The translations under genes were made by a program, and so were the position numbers. Shown in pieces: positions 57,663 through 64,000 of a DNA stretch of 64,000 nucleotides. The stretch is taken from contig JAUCBJ010009149.1 of assembly GCA_032718475.1 (NCBI GenBank), positions 1 through 64,000 on the forward strand. The letters are read 5' to 3'. The DNA is from Nemertoderma westbladi (lineage: Eukaryota; Animalia; Xenacoelomorpha). Every line of letters starts with the position of its first letter. Position 1 is the first letter of the stretch. The notes under the pieces were generated by a model. It was not told where the DNA came from, ran no database searches, and was given only the letters and a program-made list of their open reading frames with translations.

Positions 57663-60600
57663 ATGGATAAACAATTGAAATGTCCATTTTGTCCTCTTCA
57701 AATTTCTAAACGAAATTATTTAACACATTTGAAATCGCATTTTGAAGAATACAATTGTTTTAATTGTCATGTGAAATGTTCACGTGAAGAAATATGTAAA
57801 CGACATGAAACGACTACGGGATGTAAAGAAATGAAGTTTTGCGTGTATGAAAAAACTTGCCCTACTTGTAATAAAGAGTATTTATATGAGAATTATTTAC
57901 GTCACAACTGTCACCAACGTTATTATCATGTTAGACCACCACAACGGAATCAAAACAATACTGTCGCATCTAGAAAAAGACTGAAATCTGGTCAAGGTCC
58001 ATCAATTTTTAGCATCAAACGATCCGCACACGATAACCGTTTAGAAATCTATGTTTACAATCTTCCAAATGATGAAGATTTTCCTGATATTCATTCATCA
58101 TTAATTAAAATTCTTCCCCATATTAAAAACTTATTATTAGGAAAACTTAGCGAAATGAATGTACTTAGACCCTGGCTAGGTGTGAATATACTCATGTATC
58201 GATCACATTTTTCAGAGGGTGATCAAGAAGAAGCTTTCTATTTTAGTTCTTCAGGTGGTGCAGTTAATACCGTAGATTCACATGAAAGTTTTGACACATG
58301 GTTTGAGTATGTATTAGAAAAATTAATGCAAAAATAGCCATGTTTAACACTCGTGGCTCAGGGTGGCGCGTTAAATCTTTATTAAGAGTGGAAATTAAAG
58401 TAGCTGAATCCAAGTGTAGGTCACTGGAATATAAGGGACACGGTTATATGGAGTTACCTAAGGCTCTAGCGTGTAAACAATGTGTTATAAATATACAAAC
58501 GGTTGATAATGATTGTTTTAAATGGGCAATTATAGCCACAAAATTTAGTAGCAAAGTGAAGATAAACAAAAACCGTACTTCGCAGTACAAAAATTATATG
58601 AATCATTTCATTTTTGACAACGGTAACAAAGATTATCCAACAGAGTGGCAGCTTGCAATTAAACTTTTTGAAAAACAGAATTCAGCATATATAATTAATT
58701 TATTACTCTACGACAACAATCGAGTATCTATATTAAGACAAGCGCCATTTAGTAAAATCACTCCAGATAAAGAGTTATTGAATATATTACTTGTAAAAAA
58801 TAAGAATACGAGTAAACAATCACATTATGTTTGCATAACTAACTTGAATCGCTTGATGAATACAAGAGGTAAGCATATTGGATGTAGGAAATATTGCGAA
58901 CGGTGTTTGTCGCATTTCTACAGAAATGTTCTAGAACGTCACCGTCTTGCTTGTTATCGAGGAAAAAGTCAAGTTGAGAAGCTACCGTCTGAAAAAAGAA
59001 CTCACATTAGCTTTAGAAATTTAGACAGAACATTACCAGCATTGTTTGTAATATATTTTGACATAGAATCTATTTTGGAGCCAGCCAGCAACAGTAAATT
59101 TATTCAGAATCATATTCCAGGCGCTGTAAGTTATTTAATTGTTCCTAGTAGTGAATTAATCAATCCACCAAAATTTTATTTGAAGACCTTTACAAAAACA
59201 ATCGACAACAACTGTATTCAAGACTTTTTAGACTCTGTATATAATGACATCACCCAATTATATAAATGGTCTGAAACCTATACGAGACAGAAGATGATAC
59301 TTAATGATGTAGATAAGTTAAGTTTTCGGAAAGCTAAAACTTGCTTTTATTGCGATGTTTTATTTAAGGATACGTCTGAGAAAAACAAACATCACTCACA
59401 TATTACTGGTAACTATATAGCGGCCGCTTGTAACGCATGTAACCGCTCTTTATCGTTGAAACGACACATGTATATACTCGCTGCACACAACTGCAATCTC
59501 TACGATTTGCATTTTCTTTTGCAAGTTGGTTTTAGCAATAATAAATATTCCGATTGGGATATAAAGGTGATCCCTAAAAATTCTGAAAGGTATATTTCAC
59601 TAAGTATGCATATACCTGTGAAAAATGAAAAACAAAAAATCGAGCTACGTGTCTTAGACACAGATCAATTTTTATCCTTTTCCCTAAGTACTTTAGTTGA
59701 TTGTTCAACAAAGGATATAGACAGCGAGGATATAACATCAGTTCTACCAATTACTGAACAGCAAATGAAATATTTTTATCCAAATTTAAATAATGCAACA
59801 ATTAAACGAAAAGGTATATTTCCCTACGAGTATCTGACAGATTTAAATAAATTCAATGATTCGAAATTACCATCAATAGACAAATTTTATAGTAAATTAA
59901 CACAAAATACCTGTACACCCGAGGAATATAGTTTTGCCAACGCATCATGGAGTCAGTTTGACTGTGTGAATCTCAAGGATTATCTTTTAGCATACTTAAA
60001 ACTCGATGTTTGTCTCCTCGCTGATATATTTGAGAACTTTAGGAGAGTGTGTAGACAAAACTACGAATTAGAAGTAGTTTATTATTGCAGTATCGCAGCT
60101 TTCACTTATGATTGCGCCCTGAAATACAATAAATGTAAGTTAACATTAATAAAAGATTACCAAACATATAGAGATTTTGAAGCATCTATTAGAGGAGGGG
60201 TTTCATTCTGTCGAAAGCATTACATAGAATCAAATATACCAGATACTGATAATTATGATCCGAGCAAGGAAGAGTGTCATATTTTCAATATAGATTTTAA
60301 TTCCTTGTATTCTGGTAATTTAAGTAAAAAGCTACCTGTTTCAATATAGATTTTAATTCCTTGTATTCTGGTAATTTAAGTAAAAAGCTACCTGTTTCAG
60401 GGTTTGAACAAGTCAACGTTACATATTTAGAGAATGCGGCTCCAGAAGAACTGATAAAATATTTAACAAATCTTGATACTGAAGGTGATATTGGGTTTTT
60501 CTTAATTTGCGATTTGAAATATCCCAAAGATATTCACGATCGTACATTAGAACTACCCTTAGCTCCAGAACATTTAAGTATAAATGAGACAATGCTTTCA

Positions 60601-61730
60601 CCTTATATGAGGGAACAATATCATAATGTTTGTAAACAAAGAGGTACTAATAGCAATTATAAGATGTGTGCACCGAAACTTATGTTGACACAATTCGATA
60701 AGGAATTATATCATGTAAATTTAAAACTGTTAAAATTTTATATAAAACAAGGTTTAATTGTTACTAAGCTCCATAAATTATATTCTTTTCAACAAGAATT
60801 TGTATTTAAAAATTACATCGATTTTAATATTAATCAAAGACGGCTGGCAAAAAGTTATATTGAAACAGCTGTCGCGAAATTGCTGAACAATTCTTTATTT
60901 GGAAAAACGATAGAGAAGATACGAGGCCGATGCAACTTTCGTATAATAGTAAAGAGAAGTGCGACCTATTGGTCAAACGTATAAATCACGAAAATTTCAT
61001 GATTTATAACGATTCCTTATCGGGACATTTATTAGTAAAAGACAGCGTGACACTAGATAAGCCAGTCTATGTAGGTAGTACTGTCTTGGACTTGGCTAAA
61101 TTGGATATGTATGAGCTGTATTACGATAAATTGCTACCTATTGAGAAAGAATTAAACTGTCGAATTGAAATTGTAGCATCAGATAAGGACTCTTTAATAG
61201 GTTGTTACTATAACACATCGCAGAGTAATTTCTTAAAAGCCTTAATTAAAAATAATATTTTAGATACATCCAATTACCCCAAGGATCACCCTCTCTACAG
61301 CGATAAAAATAAATCCAAGCTCTATTACTGTAAAGACGAACTAGCCTCACGTGAAATTAAACAAGCAGTATTTTTAAGACCAAAATTATATTCAATTTTG
61401 GAATGGAATGATTCCAATATACGACGGGCAAAAGGAATAACAAGAGCTGTCGTGGATAAAAATATTTGTCACGAAGATTATTTGAGGGCATATAACTCAA
61501 ACGAAGAAATTTCCAAGGAAATACATCAATTTCAGAGCAAATTACACAAAGTGTATACTATAGCACGTGATAAGTTTGCTCTCAGCGCATTTGACGATAA
61601 ACTTTATTGGATTAATAAAAATCATTCGCTTCCCTGGGGTCACTATCAAACAAAGGTCGAAAAACCGATAAAGAAAAACAATATACCTATTTATCGTGAG
61701 CCAAACAATGAACTATCAGATAGTCAATAA
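57663..61730 (+). pseudogene. polB: pPolB of Maverick 2, disrupted
   Basis: Same motifs plus IRGG; frameshift near 58330, 56-bp tandem duplication at 60285-60396, frameshift near 60945, DTD changed to DKD. Confidence 0.95.
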
Positions 61731-62253
61731 GAATGTAAGTTGCCAGCAAGTGTCAGCGATTAATTTTAAAGAATTAAAAAATCAATTATCTGGTAAACAC
61801 ATACTCAAACCAAATCAGTTTATATATAAGATATTTGGTGCCACATTATTAATATTTAAAAATGGTCGTATTACATTATTAGGCAGTAAGTATAATTTCC
61901 AAAAAGTAAAAAAGCATATATTTGATAAAACTAGTATTAATTTGATTTTAAAATCTGTTAATTTATGTACTTATATTTTTAGTATCAAGTCTGTAGTCTA
62001 TAGGTTATTGATAAACAATACCGGGTTTTATGTTGTCTTTGATAATGTGCAACTTCAAGTTATATATGAACCTGAAATTTTTAATAATTGCAAAATAAGA
62101 ATAAATAATACCATAGTCATTTGCTGCTTTCATACCGGTAAATGTACTTTAATGTGTTCACCTAGCAAATTTCATATTTATTACCCTATATTTAGTAAAC
62201 TTGTTAATTATTTATTAATGTTTGGTGTTGTGACTTTAGGTGTTGGTGATTAG
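61708..62253 (+). CDS. TBP-like protein, second copy (intact, 181 aa from ATG)
   Basis: Differs from 40854-41399 at 4 aa; overlaps the polB stop. Confidence 0.8.
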   Translation: MNYQIVNKNVSCQQVSAINFKELKNQLSGKHILKPNQFIYKIFGATLLIFKNGRITLLGSKYNFQKVKKHIFDKTSINLILKSVNLCTYIFSIKSVVYRLLINNTGFYVVFDNVQLQVIYEPEIFNNCKIRINNTIVICCFHTGKCTLMCSPSKFHIYYPIFSKLVNYLLMFGVVTLGVGD

Positions 62254-62339
62254 AAGGTGAAAATTAAACATTACTATTTTTCAATCAATCAATCGGTAGT
62301 TAGGGAAAACTAACCTCGTTTGAATAAGTATGACTCTCA

Positions 62340-63515
62340 CGGGCTGACTGCGTGCCTAGCTGCGTGGCTGGCTGGCTGACTGCATGACCGACCGCGAGGC
62401 TGCTGCGTGCCGCGAGGTTGACTGCGAGGCTGGCCGCGAGGCTGGCTGCGAGGCTGGCAGCGATGCTGCTCTGACTGTGTGGTTGACCGCATCCCATGAC
62501 TGTGTACACATCCGATTATATCCGGCTCACGATATTGTATACAATGACTTAGTTTGTTACTGCGGGTACTGTTACATTAATACTGTGGTACCGTACTGCG
62601 GTACAATGCTAATCAAAAGAAATCAGCATGCTCTATCTGACTATACTGTTACAACAGCGACAGTACTGCAGTACTGTATTGTTTGAGTAGGTGATCTAAT
62701 CCCTATATGCGAGAGCTACGCGTCCCTTCTAGGTTATGACAGCAGTATGCTAATCAAGGTTCAGGTAGACAGCAGTATCCATATAGTTGAAAAAAAAAAA
62801 AAATGTTATTACATCAGATTACTGCTGTACTGATAAAGTGGTTGACAGTTGTGGATAGGAGCTGCGAGGTTGACCACATCCCCCGCAGTGTGGCTGACTG
62901 CGTACACATCTGATTGTAACTAGCTCACGATATTGTATACATTGACCTAGTTTGTTACTGCAGGTACTGTCGTACCGGTACTGCTGTACGGTACAATGCT
63001 AATCAGTATGCTCTATCTGATTATGTTGTTACATCAAGAACAGCGACAGTACTGCAGTACTGTATTGTTTAGGTAGGGGATCTAATCCCTATATGTGAGA
63101 CCCCTGCATGTAATCTAGGTTATGACAGCAGTATGCTAATCAAGGTTCGGGTAGACAGCAGTATCCTTATAGGTGAAAAAAAACAAATGCTATTACATCA
63201 GATTACTGCTGTACTGATAAAGTGGATGACAGTTGTGGATAGGAGCTGCTAGGCTATCTGTGAGGTTGATCGCATCCCCGCAGCGTGGCTGACTGTGTAC
63301 ACATCTGATTGTAACTAGCTCACGATATTGTATACATTGGTTTAGTTTGTTACTGCAGGTACTGTCGTACCGGTACTGCAGTACGGTACAATGCTCTATC
63401 TGATTATGCTGTTACATCAAGAACAGCGACAGTACAGCAGTACTGTATTGTTTGGATAGGTGATCTAATCCCTATATGTGAGACCCCTGCATGCATCAGA
63501 TTACTGCTGTACCGA
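62340..63515. repeat. GC-rich short repeats and ~400-bp tandem array of Maverick 2
   Basis: Units near 62505, 62903 and 63298; homologous to 41490-42790. Confidence 0.85.
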
Positions 63516-63954
63516 TACCAGTAGACAACGACTACAGTGTTGGAAGAGTAAAACACTACCGGTACTGATAAAGTGGATGACCGTTGTAGATAGGCCTATA
63601 ATTTATCAGAACCGGTACCAACAGGTTATCATTACACTCTATACAGATTATGTTGCATTTTCTGACTAATATTACTAGTCAACTACTGTATGTGTTATTA
63701 GTTTGCGACGTAAAGGCTGTTTCGCAATACCAGTACATCTATATTAGAATGATATCGAGAATACTTACTGTACATGTTACGTCTACATCATATTGTTAAA
63801 GGTGTATGGTTAACCTACCGCGATTGACTCTTTTTTAGAGAACTTGTTGTAAAAAAAAAATTATATTTTATTATATTTTTATATTAACATCAAGATCATC
63901 ACCAAAATAAAATTATATTATCCCATCACATTACATTACATGCTTAGAGTAAAC

Positions 63955-64000
63955 CTACAGTACATCTTCCACCGCAGTTACTTCTTTCTGTTTATCATCG
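63955..64000 (-). CDS. C-terminal end of the DEDD-like ORF of Maverick 2 (partial)
   Basis: Encodes DDKQKEVTAVEDVL*, matching 43217-43262. Confidence 0.7.
   Translation of the reverse strand, partial: DDKQKEVTAVEDVL

Larger units (their letters stand above)
55106..64000 (+). mobile_element. Maverick/Polinton 2 (left part; same family and orientation as Maverick 1)
   Basis: Starts AGTAGTATA; TIR, ORF1, pPolB, TBP-like gene and tandem array are colinear with 33227-43262. Confidence 0.95.

Noticed and set aside
55106-64000. Maverick 2 as an assembly duplicate of Maverick 1
   Set aside because: Different TIR tip, no MITE, different indels and a distinct insertion site.

Overview
AT-rich eukaryotic (probably invertebrate animal) repeat cluster made almost entirely of nested mobile elements. 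Left part: a minus-strand BEL/Pao LTR (<1-1086) sits inside the 5' LTR of a plus-strand, internally deleted BEL/Pao retrotransposon (1087-12419). That element keeps gag and protease, has lost RT, RNaseH and integrase, and has a degraded extra-ORF region. Middle part: copies of a ~1.5-kb repeat, SINE/LINE relics and an intronless N-terminal PRP19 fragment. Right part: a minus-strand BEL/Pao element (3' LTR 26155-27384, a 502-aa zinc-knuckle ORF3, frameshifted pol) is interrupted by two Maverick/Polinton viruses. Maverick 1 is complete (33227-54507, AGTAGT termini, ~320-bp TIRs, GTCTTT TSD). Maverick 2 starts at 55106 and runs off the window. Maverick 1 itself carries a hAT-type MITE in polB and a truncated LINE in the integrase. 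The most striking observation is that both Mavericks carry an intact TATA-binding-protein (TBP)-like gene overlapping the end of pPolB. They also carry a putative PC4-like gene and a Pol III-type A/B-box unit, which suggests a virus-encoded transcription-initiation module. All protein calls come from motif recognition by eye; no database searches were run.
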